From an uncultured Planctomycetaceae bacterium (lineage in GTDB: Bacteria; Planctomycetota; Planctomycetia; Pirellulales; UBA1268), in the NCBI GenBank assembly GCA_903917235.1, contig CAIWZS010000413.1, positions 342-64,341 of the forward strand: a DNA stretch of 64,000 nucleotides. Reading direction: 5' to 3'. Under the pieces are notes generated by a model. That model did no database searches. It had not been told where the DNA came from and saw only the letters and a program-made list of their open reading frames with translations. Numbering within the stretch: the first letter of the stretch is position 1; each line of letters starts with the position of its first letter. Position numbers and translations under genes: made by a program. This document shows, piece by piece, positions 55,988-63,996 of this stretch.

Positions 55988-58876
55988 ATGTCGCACCCCG
56001 TCACCCCCCAGCTCTTGATCGCGAAGTGGAAGCGGGCCGACCTCGCGGAGCGGGCGGCCTGCCAGGAGCACTTCATCGACCTCTGCCGGATGCTCGGCCA
56101 CCCGACCCCCGCGGAGGCCGACCCGAACGGCGAGTGGTTCACATTCGAGCGGGGCGTCGAGAAAGCCGAAGGGGGCAACGGCTGGGCCGACGTGTGGAAA
56201 CGGAACTTTTTCGGCTGGGAATACAAGGGCAAACACAAGGATTTGCGGGCGGCGTATCGTCAGCTCCAGCTCTACCGCGAAAGCCTCGACAACCCGCCGC
56301 TCCTGGTCGTGTGCGACCTCGACCGGATCGAGATTCACACGAACTTCACCGGCTGCGCGAAGCGGGTTTTTGCCTTCGACCTCGAAACCCTGCCGCAGCC
56401 GGAGAACCTCGACGTTCTCCGCAAGCTCTTCACGAATCCGGAGGCGCTCAAGCCGGCCCAGACCACCGAACAAATCACGGTCGAGGCGGCGCGGACGTTC
56501 GCCGAGATTGTCGATGGATGGCGGGCCCGGGGCGTCGATGCCCACGTCGCGGCACACTTCGCGATGAAGCTCATGTTTTGCATGTTCGCGGAGGACATCG
56601 AACTCCTCCCCGAACGAATCTTCCGGACCACGATCGAGGGGGCGAAGAAAGACCCGACGCGGCTCGGCAAGCGGCTCCAGGGCCTCTTCGACGCGATGGC
56701 GGTCGGCGGCGACTTCGGGCCCGTCACGATCCCCTGGTTCAACGGCGGGCTGTTCAAGGAAAACGAAGCCGTGATCGACCTCACGGCGGAGGACATCGAC
56801 CAGCTCGCCCGCCTCAACTCGTTCGATTGGGCCGACGTGGAGCCGAGCATCTTCGGCACCCTATTCGAGCGGACCCTCGATCCGGCGAAGCGGTCGCAGA
56901 TTGGAGCCCACTACACGAGCCGGGAGGACATCCTCACGCTCCTGGAGCCCGTGCTCATGGCCCCGCTGCGCCGCGAGTGGCAGGCGGTCCAGGAGCGGTG
57001 CGATGTGCTCACCCCGCAGCTCACCGACAAGCGGAAGGCGGCGAAGGCCCGAAAGGAACTCGACAAGATTCTCCGCGACGTCGTGGAGCGGCTCGCGGCC
57101 ATCCGGATTCTCGATCCGGCCTGCGGCTCGGGGAACTTCCTCTATGTCGCGATCAACCTCTTGCTCGATCTCGAAAAGGAAGTGATCGCGTATGCCGCCC
57201 GCCACGGCACGAGCCTCATACCGCAAGTGAAGCCGTCGCAGCTCTACGGGCTCGAAATCAACCCGTATGCCGCCGAACTGGCCCAGGTCGTGATCTGGAT
57301 TGGATACCTCCAGTGGATTCACCACAACGGCTTCGCCGCGCCGCGGGATCCGATCCTAGAGCCCATCGACACGATCCGGAACATGGACGCGATCATCGAC
57401 CTATCCGATCCCGACAACCCCAAGGAACCGGAGTGGCCGGAGGCCGACGTGATCGTGGGGAATCCGCCGTTTTTGGGAGGGAACAAGATTCGTGCCGCCC
57501 TTGGCGAAGCGTATGTCGATCCGCTTTTTGCGGTCTACGGCCGGCACGTTCCGTCTACTGCGGACCTCTGTTGTTACTGGTTCCACAAATCGCGCATCGC
57601 GATCACCGCTGACAGAGCCTCGCGAGTGGGGTTACTCGCGACGCAAGGAATAAGAGGCGGAGCAAACAGGACCGTGCTCGACGCCATCAAAACCGATGGC
57701 GACATCTTTTTTGCGGTGAGCGATCAAACCTGGGTGCTTGATGGTGCGGCCGTTCATGTATCGCTCGTCGGCTTTGATAAAGGCGACGAAAGCGCACGGC
57801 GGCTCGATGGCCGAAGCGTTCTTTCAATCAACTCCAACCTCACCGCAGGGGCCGACACAACTCTCGCACGGCCTCTTTCTGCCAACCGCGACTTTTGCTT
57901 CTACGGTAGTCAGCAAAAAGCAAGCTTCGACATCACCCCTGCGGTTGCGATCGAAATGATGCTGTCGCCGAACCCCAGCGGTCGGCCGAATAGTGATGTA
58001 ATCAAACCCTCGATGAATGGTGCGCAGCTAACAAGGCGCACTCATGAGTCATTTGTCATTGATTTCGGGCAAGAGGAATCGCTCTCTGCCGTTGCGATGT
58101 ACGAGCAGCCCTTCGCGTACGTCAAGCAACACATTTTTCCATCGCGTGAGCATCATGCCGAAAGTCGCCAGCGCAACTTTTGGTGGCTTCACGCTCGACC
58201 TTCGCCACGGTATCGCGAATGGCTCGCCGCCGGGCGGACCTCAGTTGTCACCCCTTGCACGGCTAAGCATCGGCTTTTCGTGATGGTGGCACCGCCCCTT
58301 TTGGTTGACCATGCGACCGCAGTATTTCCTACCGACGATTACTGGCATTTCGGGCTGCTCCATTCACGAGTTTTTGAGACGTGGGCTCGATCGCAGGGAA
58401 CACAAGTGCGAGAACGGGAGAGTGGTTTCCGTTTCACGCCCAGCTCATGCTTCGAAACCTTCCCGTTTCCCGAGCCGACCGCGGCCCAGCGCGACGCGAT
58501 CTCGGCGGCAGCGAAGGAACTCGACACGCTCCGCTCGAACTGGTTGAACCCGCCGGAGTGGACGCGGGAGGAAGTGCTCACGTTTCCCGGCTCCGTCGAT
58601 GGCCCCTGGGCCCGGTACGTGACGGAGCCGAACGCGAAGGGTATCGGCACCGTGCGGTATCCGCGGGTCGTGCCAGCCGACGATGCCGCGGCGAAGAAAC
58701 TCGCGAAGCGGACCCTCACGAACCTCTACAACGAACGGCCGACGTGGCTCGATCTCGCACACAAGCGACTCGATGAAGCCGTGTTCGCCGCGTATGGGTG
58801 GCCGGCGGACCTCTCGGATGATGATCTCCTCGCGCGGCTGCTCGCGCTCAACCTGGAGCGGGCCGCGGCGGAGTGA
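55988..58876 (+). CDS. MmeI-family (type IIL/IIG) single-polypeptide restriction endonuclease / N6-adenine methyltransferase
   Basis: Track ORF of 962 aa. N-terminal D..ExK motif reads GWADVWKRNFFGWEYKGKHKDL..PPLLVVCDLDRIEIH. Methylase motif I is RILDPACGSGNFLY and motif IV is IVGNPPFLGG. A C-terminal target-recognition region follows. Confidence 0.8.
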   Translation: MSHPVTPQLLIAKWKRADLAERAACQEHFIDLCRMLGHPTPAEADPNGEWFTFERGVEKAEGGNGWADVWKRNFFGWEYKGKHKDLRAAYRQLQLYRESLDNPPLLVVCDLDRIEIHTNFTGCAKRVFAFDLETLPQPENLDVLRKLFTNPEALKPAQTTEQITVEAARTFAEIVDGWRARGVDAHVAAHFAMKLMFCMFAEDIELLPERIFRTTIEGAKKDPTRLGKRLQGLFDAMAVGGDFGPVTIPWFNGGLFKENEAVIDLTAEDIDQLARLNSFDWADVEPSIFGTLFERTLDPAKRSQIGAHYTSREDILTLLEPVLMAPLRREWQAVQERCDVLTPQLTDKRKAAKARKELDKILRDVVERLAAIRILDPACGSGNFLYVAINLLLDLEKEVIAYAARHGTSLIPQVKPSQLYGLEINPYAAELAQVVIWIGYLQWIHHNGFAAPRDPILEPIDTIRNMDAIIDLSDPDNPKEPEWPEADVIVGNPPFLGGNKIRAALGEAYVDPLFAVYGRHVPSTADLCCYWFHKSRIAITADRASRVGLLATQGIRGGANRTVLDAIKTDGDIFFAVSDQTWVLDGAAVHVSLVGFDKGDESARRLDGRSVLSINSNLTAGADTTLARPLSANRDFCFYGSQQKASFDITPAVAIEMMLSPNPSGRPNSDVIKPSMNGAQLTRRTHESFVIDFGQEESLSAVAMYEQPFAYVKQHIFPSREHHAESRQRNFWWLHARPSPRYREWLAAGRTSVVTPCTAKHRLFVMVAPPLLVDHATAVFPTDDYWHFGLLHSRVFETWARSQGTQVRERESGFRFTPSSCFETFPFPEPTAAQRDAISAAAKELDTLRSNWLNPPEWTREEVLTFPGSVDGPWARYVTEPNAKGIGTVRYPRVVPADDAAAKKLAKRTLTNLYNERPTWLDLAHKRLDEAVFAAYGWPADLSDDDLLARLLALNLERAAAE

Positions 58877-59245
58877 TCGCCGCACGAGACACGATGCGGA
58901 GGCCCGGCATCCTGCCGGTCCGGAGGTTTTCTTTCGCAGCGGCTCGCCCTCGATGCTGTTCTCTGCGGGGGCCTCATCAGGGAGAAGGGGGCTCGCCTCC
59001 GCATCCGGCATCGGCTCGTCCCCCTCTCCCTCGCCGGCCCCCGCGGTGCGGCTGCGCCGCGCCCCCGGCTTCCCTCTCCCCTGGATGCGGAATCGAGGGC
59101 ATCCCCGCCGCTGCGAAGGCCAGCCCCGCCGCATACGCGGCGGAGCCGGCCCGGCGGCATCGTGCCGCTAGCGGAGCCGGCGGCAGCCGCCGGCCCAGGG
59201 CATCGTGCCCGTTTCAAGGCGGCGGCATCGTGCCGCCGCGGAGAG

Positions 59246-59752
59246 TCAGCTCGCCGACCGGCCCCGCACGTAATCGAGCACCGTCGCACCCGGCTTGAAC
59301 GTCGCCGGCGGCTCGCCGGTCGGCCTGCCCCGCTTCGCAGCGAACTCGGCCAGCTCATCACGCTCCTCTCCCGGCGACGGCGGCATCGCGTCGAGGCGGG
59401 CCGCCGATGCCGGGTCGAGGCAGAGCGACTTGCCCAGCGCGAGCATCGTCGCCCGCAGCCGGCAGGCGGCGACGTGCGCCGCGCTCGGGGTCGTGCCGTG
59501 GGGGCCGCGCGAGGTTGAACCTTCGGCGGCGATCACGTTCGCCAGCTCACGAGCCTCCGCAGCGCACGAGCACCACTGCCCGAACGTGTCCGCGTGCTCG
59601 GGGCGGAGGCGGCCGGCGGCCCGGAGCCGGGGCTCGTGCTCACGCCACACTGCCGCGGCCTCTACGGGCAGCCAGCTCGGGGGCGGCAGAGGATCGGCCG
59701 GCGTCGCGATCGGGTTTCCTGCGCGACGTGGGAGGGGTCCTCGAAGGCCCAT
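59246..59752 (-). CDS. phage terminase small subunit, P27 family (Terminase_4-like)
   Basis: ATG 59752 within track ORF 59246-60274. Sequence: MGLRGPLPRRAGNP..PSWLPVEAAAVWREHEPRLRAAGRLRPEHADTFGQWCSCAAE..LALGKSLCLDPASAARL. Confidence 0.6.
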   Translation of the reverse strand: MGLRGPLPRRAGNPIATPADPLPPPSWLPVEAAAVWREHEPRLRAAGRLRPEHADTFGQWCSCAAEARELANVIAAEGSTSRGPHGTTPSAAHVAACRLRATMLALGKSLCLDPASAARLDAMPPSPGEERDELAEFAAKRGRPTGEPPATFKPGATVLDYVRGRSAS

Positions 59753-59832
59753 GCGTGTGCGCTCCTGTTTGTGAGGGAAGTCAGGACGGGAAACTCGGGG
59801 TTTCGCGAGCGAGAGAAACGTGATGGTTTTCC

Positions 59833-60171
59833 TCAGACGTGCTCGGCAGGATCGCACCCGCCCCCGGGGGCAGGGGTGGTGCCGTAGTACGCATCGACGG
59901 ATTCCTCCACCTGTTGCGCCGCGATCCATAGCCTCCAGGCGGCGAGTCGCAGCCGCTCGCACGCGCCCGCCTGTACGCGAGCGGCATCGAGCCCCCGGGC
60001 CTCTGTCACGATGTCCTGGGCAATCTCCGCGACGTGCTCTACCTCGTCTGGGAATGACTCGTGAAAGAAACTCACGAACCGCTCCGCGGCCGTGCCGCCC
60101 CTGCCACCCCCGTCCCACCTCACGCGGACATGGGGGGGTGGCACCGGAAAACCATCTTTTTCTCGGCTCAT
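59833..60171 (-). CDS. hypothetical protein (112 aa), 4-nt overlap with the primase gene stop
   Basis: ATG 60171 (MSREKDGFPV..) within track ORF 59833-60246. The call rests only on the coupling to the upstream gene and plausible composition. Confidence 0.4.
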   Translation of the reverse strand: MSREKDGFPVPPPHVRVRWDGGGRGGTAAERFVSFFHESFPDEVEHVAEIAQDIVTEARGLDAARVQAGACERLRLAAWRLWIAAQQVEESVDAYYGTTPAPGGGCDPAEHV

Positions 60172-61913
60172 ATCGCAGTTTCCTCCCCTCGTGCCACCCC
60201 TGCCACCCCTTTTTCGCCTCCCGGGGACACATCGTCCCCACCCCATACGTGACCACTGGCAGCCGTGGCACCACCGGCGGCGAACGTCCGCAACAGCTCC
60301 ATCTCGTGCGCGCTCAGACTCCGCAGCGTCGCCCGCGTGCCGTGCCGCTGAAACCTCTCCGGCTTCAACGTCCTACCGATGATCTCAGGCAATGCCCGGG
60401 CAACCTTCGTTGGCGCGTCCCGCTCGATGCCGTATGCCGACGCGATGTCTTGCCACAAACGATCCCAGGAAAACCACAGTTTGCCAGCAACCCAGCCGCC
60501 CGACCGCAGCGACACCAACTCTGCAAGTATTTCATCGTCGCTTGGATTCTCTTTTTTTGCCTGACATGGCGCGCAGCCCTCGCCTAAGCGATCGAGTTTT
60601 GCCACCATCAAACCGGCAAGCCGCCGCGTGCTGTTCTCTGCCGGGTCTGTCACCTCGACGCGGCGACCGGCGGCGATCGCCTCTTGTTCAAGCAAGACAC
60701 GAAGCCCCGTCACCGCCTCGCGAGCGGGATGATTTCTCGTGGCAGCCTGCGGTGCCGTGCCCTCCCATATCCTCGCGAAGTCTCCCGGATGCCGGTCGAA
60801 CGGCACCCCAGGAAACGCGCCGAGCAATGCCGTTTTCATCTTCCTCGCGTCGCCCCACACGTCGGCGGGAACACGAACGGAGCCCGACGGGTTGAAAGGC
60901 CGCAGTTCATCACACCGCAGCTCGAACATCGTCGGATCGCCCTGGAGGATCGTCAGCTCCAGGCCCGCCGGTCGATGCACGGTCCGCGATCCCTCGACGA
61001 TCGCCTCGACGCCCGGGAACAGGGCTTCCGCTGCCGTGTCCTCACGTCGGTATTTCAGAGCGCTACGGAAGACGCCCTTCACCTCATCATCGGCAAGCGG
61101 GGGGCGGCAGCGTGTCGTGTTCACCGCTCTCAGCACATCGAGCAAGGCTTGCTCCATCTCGTCATCTCCTGGATGGATGCTCCGCGATAGCAGGCAGGCC
61201 GCATGAAACACGGCATCATTCCGACCGCCCTCACCAACCGGGCCGCGGAGGATCGCCGTCGATCGCCGCCCGGGGGCGAGGTTGCCAGCGCTCTCCGCTG
61301 TCCCGCGTCGAACGAACTCCTGGATCAACTCCATGATGTTGTCTGGCACCGCGGCGATCTCGACTTCATCGAGGCCAAAACCGGGCTCCCACTGGTACGC
61401 TCGGCCGGAGTGGTGCATGGAAGGCGGCATCACGCTCTGGGTCTGTCTGCCGCCGCCGCCGATGCGGACCTCGATGCCGTGCGGCTTCACAACCTGGAGC
61501 GCGGGCAGCTCAGGCGACCAGAGAAACAGGCGATGAAGGCCCCGACCGGAACTCCATGTCGGAGTCTCGAAACGATCGAGGCCGAGCCGCCGCAGCTCTG
61601 CCGCGGCTTCGTCGGAATCCGCCTCGATGTCGATCACCGCCGGCCCGGTGCCGCGGCCCGCGTCCCCGAGCACGACGCCGACGTTGAACCGTGTCGGCCC
61701 GCCCCACCACTCGAACACCTCATCCTCGTCAGTGGTAATTTCCCAGGCCGAGCCGGTCGGATGCTTGCCTGGGCTACCGCAGTCTGCGCCCTTCCAGCAC
61801 GTACATTCACCCGGCCGAACCAGCCCGTTCAACCTCACCACGCGAAGCCCTCGATGCACGTAGCCTGCGATCACCTTCGCGATGCCGTCGGCATCGACCG
61901 TCGAAACAGACAT
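60168..61913 (-). CDS. bifunctional DNA primase/polymerase (Prim-Pol N-terminal domain + PriCT-1-like domain)
   Basis: ATG 61913 preceded by AGGAG, within track ORF 60168-62336. Motifs: GKHPTGSAWE, NVGVVLG..AVIDIEADSDE, SGRGLHRLFLW, SVMPPSMHHSGRAYQW, and GGRNDAVFHAACLLSR. No Walker A motif is seen. Confidence 0.75.
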   Translation of the reverse strand: MSVSTVDADGIAKVIAGYVHRGLRVVRLNGLVRPGECTCWKGADCGSPGKHPTGSAWEITTDEDEVFEWWGGPTRFNVGVVLGDAGRGTGPAVIDIEADSDEAAAELRRLGLDRFETPTWSSGRGLHRLFLWSPELPALQVVKPHGIEVRIGGGGRQTQSVMPPSMHHSGRAYQWEPGFGLDEVEIAAVPDNIMELIQEFVRRGTAESAGNLAPGRRSTAILRGPVGEGGRNDAVFHAACLLSRSIHPGDDEMEQALLDVLRAVNTTRCRPPLADDEVKGVFRSALKYRREDTAAEALFPGVEAIVEGSRTVHRPAGLELTILQGDPTMFELRCDELRPFNPSGSVRVPADVWGDARKMKTALLGAFPGVPFDRHPGDFARIWEGTAPQAATRNHPAREAVTGLRVLLEQEAIAAGRRVEVTDPAENSTRRLAGLMVAKLDRLGEGCAPCQAKKENPSDDEILAELVSLRSGGWVAGKLWFSWDRLWQDIASAYGIERDAPTKVARALPEIIGRTLKPERFQRHGTRATLRSLSAHEMELLRTFAAGGATAASGHVWGGDDVSPGGEKGVAGVARGEETAI

Positions 61914-61989
61914 GACGAATCTCCTCTGGCCGTGTCGTGTTGACACGCGGCGAGGAGGCGGCCATCCTTGACCCCGCAGCGCGACTTTG

Positions 61990-62034
61990 CCCGGGTCTGG
62001 GTCAACGGCAATCGACCCCAGGCCCGGGTTTTTT
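61990..62034 (+). terminator. textbook intrinsic terminator on the plus strand, antisense to the primase leader
   Basis: Stem cccgggtctgggtc / gaccccaggcccggg (one mismatch plus one bulge), 10-nt loop, then TTTTTT at 62029-62034. The flanking genes are all on the minus strand. Confidence 0.5.
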
Positions 62035-62040
62035 GTTGGT

Positions 62041-62343
62041 CTACATGCCCATTCGCTCAAGCTCTTGCATCGCCCGCTTCGACCTCGTGCTCGGGGCTGG
62101 AGTCTGGGCCCAGGCCGCACCGGCCGCAGTGGTGCGGGCCTCGATGAAGCGGCGGAGTGCCGCGCGGGTCGTGTAGACCGACGAACCGACGCGGACGGTT
62201 TCAAGGCGGACACCCTTCGCGCCGCGAGTGCTCCAGCGCCAGAGCGATGTGAGCGAAACTTTCGCGCCGCCTCGCCGCTTCGGCAGCAGCGCCGCCGCCT
62301 GCGGCATGGTGAGCAGCTCTTCGGACAACGGATCAATCGACAT
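62041..62343 (-). CDS. DUF1580-type helix-turn-helix protein (excisionase/regulator-like)
   Basis: Track ORF of 100 aa with GAAGGGAG upstream. Sequence: LLTMPQAAALLPKRRGGAKVSLTSLWRWSTRGAKGVRLETVRVGSSVYTTRAALRRFIEA. Confidence 0.65.
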   Translation of the reverse strand: MSIDPLSEELLTMPQAAALLPKRRGGAKVSLTSLWRWSTRGAKGVRLETVRVGSSVYTTRAALRRFIEARTTAAGAAWAQTPAPSTRSKRAMQELERMGM

Positions 62344-62637
62344 GACGGGGCTCCCTTCGGATGGAGCCGCGCGCAGCGATCACCGACGAAACGAACAGAT
62401 CACGGGCGCGGCAGGGCGGAGAGACAACCGGGCTATCGGTTGCAAGTCACAAGGCCCTGCCGGGCAGGAATGCGGTGCGAAAAACTGCGTGTCTGCGTCC
62501 CGGGTTTTCGAACCCTTCGATGAAACGCTCGGCTCTAACGGGTTGGGACTAAGCCGCCACGGGGCCGAGATTCACTGGCCGACTTGCTTGCCAGATACCG
62601 CCGAATGTAGCGACCGATGCAAACCCGTCCAGTTTTT

Positions 62638-63834
62638 TTAGCCGAGCCGCGCCATATGGGCGGCGGCGGCTTCACGATCCGCCTCCGCGTACAACTCCGC
62701 CATGCCGGGCGACCGATGGCCGAGCACGACGCGAGCCGCCTCGATGCCGATCTCGCGTCGAAGGTCCGTCGCGGCAGCGTGTCGCAGTTGATGCGGGTGC
62801 CAGTGCTCGATCTCGGCCCGCTTGCAGGCTCGGCCGACCGCATGGCCCAGGCGGCCGGGCGTGTACCGCTCGCCCGGAAGACGGCGATTCTGGGCCCTCC
62901 CGCCGCGTTTTCGGGTATCGGCCGCGCGCTTGTTCCTCGCGGCCCTGGCTCTGTCGGCATCGGTACGTCCGGCGACATGGGCCGCCTCGCGAACCGCCGC
63001 CGCCGCCTCCCGCGGCTGAAACAGAAACGCCTCCGGGTCCGCCCGCAGCCAATCGGCGAGGACGGCCTGGGCACGCGGGCCGATGTAGACCACTCGCTCG
63101 TGGCCGCGGTGGGCCGTCTTGTGGGTCTCCGGGCGGTACTCCCACGGGCTCACGGTGCGGTCGATGTCGCCCGTGCGCATGATGCAGACCTCGCCCGGCC
63201 GGGCCCCCGTGAACCGCATCAACCGGAGGATGGCTCGAACCTGGGGCGAGCCGATCTCGGCGAGCGTCGCCTCGAACACGGCATCCGACACCGGCTTCAC
63301 CGCCGGGGTTTCCTTGGCGACCGACCGCCCGGCCCGAAGTCCTTTCACCGCCTTCAGGGCTTGCCAGCACTCGGCGGGCAGCAACTCATTCTCGACGCCC
63401 CATGCCCAGGCTCTGACGATGCGCCCGACCCGCTGGTTGATGTACCGACGGGCGAGCCCGGCCTCGATCCAGACTTCGCGGACGGCCTTCAAGGCCAGCG
63501 GGCCAAAGTCCCGCGCGAGTGTATGGCCGTACCTCTCAATCACGGGACGCATCGCGAGGCGGATTTGGGCCTGCTCCTTGCTCGGGGGCGCGTAGTAGCC
63601 CTTGGCGAAGCGGCGATATGCGAGCACCAACTCGGCGACCGTGATCGCCTCGCATGCGGTCGCGGTCGGGGCTCCGCCGCTCGCCAGCCACTCGCCCACG
63701 AGCCGCTGGTATTCGGCCTGGGCAGTGCGGGAGCCCCAAGGGCCGCAGTAGTGATCCCGGCCGGAAATCGTCACCACAGCCTGCCGCGAGGGCCTGTGGA
63801 GCCGGAGAGAGGGAACTCGCGTCTTCGTCTTCAT
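62638..63834 (-). CDS. tyrosine-type site-specific integrase
   Basis: ATG 63834 within track ORF 62638-63984. Motifs: RLMRFTGARPGEV, HPHQLRHAAATDL, LGHRSPGMAELYA (R..HxxR..Y). Confidence 0.9.
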   Translation of the reverse strand: MKTKTRVPSLRLHRPSRQAVVTISGRDHYCGPWGSRTAQAEYQRLVGEWLASGGAPTATACEAITVAELVLAYRRFAKGYYAPPSKEQAQIRLAMRPVIERYGHTLARDFGPLALKAVREVWIEAGLARRYINQRVGRIVRAWAWGVENELLPAECWQALKAVKGLRAGRSVAKETPAVKPVSDAVFEATLAEIGSPQVRAILRLMRFTGARPGEVCIMRTGDIDRTVSPWEYRPETHKTAHRGHERVVYIGPRAQAVLADWLRADPEAFLFQPREAAAAVREAAHVAGRTDADRARAARNKRAADTRKRGGRAQNRRLPGERYTPGRLGHAVGRACKRAEIEHWHPHQLRHAAATDLRREIGIEAARVVLGHRSPGMAELYAEADREAAAAHMARLG

Positions 63835-63855
63835 CGAACGGTCCTCCTTTGGGTC

Positions 63856-63873
63856 GAATCCGGTAGTTACCGG
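63856..63873. repeat. 18-bp repeat gaatccggtagttaccgg (copy 2), here extended to the palindrome aatccggta-gt-taccggatt
   Basis: Lies between the integrase ATG (63834) and the att/tRNA end (63953). Confidence 0.85.
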
Positions 63874-63952
63874 ATTTCTGCCAATCGGAAGCCGCACGAT
63901 TCGACGCCGAATCGGTGAACGGAAAGCCGTTCTCAGCTTGCTCTTACGAACC

Positions 63953-63996
63953 AGTGGACAGGGCCGGAATCGAACCGGCGACACACGGATTTTCAG
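63953..63996. repeat. att half-site within the functional tRNA-Phe (integrase-proximal end of the island)
   Basis: Exact 44-bp match to 55412-55455. Confidence 0.9.

Larger units (their letters stand above)
55412..63996. mobile_element. tRNA-Phe-integrated genomic island (about 8.5 kb), satellite/PICI-like gene content
   Basis: Bounded by the 44-bp direct repeat with the integrase next to the tRNA. Cargo genes are listed separately. Parts of the island are visibly more A/T-rich than the flanks. Confidence 0.8.

Noticed and set aside
58877-59245. Track ORFs in the gap between the RM gene and the terS-like gene (e.g. 58873-59298 on the plus strand and 58726-59361 on the minus strand).
   Set aside because: The translations are Arg/Pro/Ala-rich with no start context. 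The region is better described as non-coding DNA carrying the GGCA-N3-TGCC repeats.
62490-62520. A gggttttcgaaccc palindrome resembling a tRNA T-arm, in the int/DUF1580 intergenic region.
   Set aside because: It has a 5-bp stem with a 4-nt loop rather than a 7-nt T-loop, and no acceptor, D or anticodon arms can be drawn around it.
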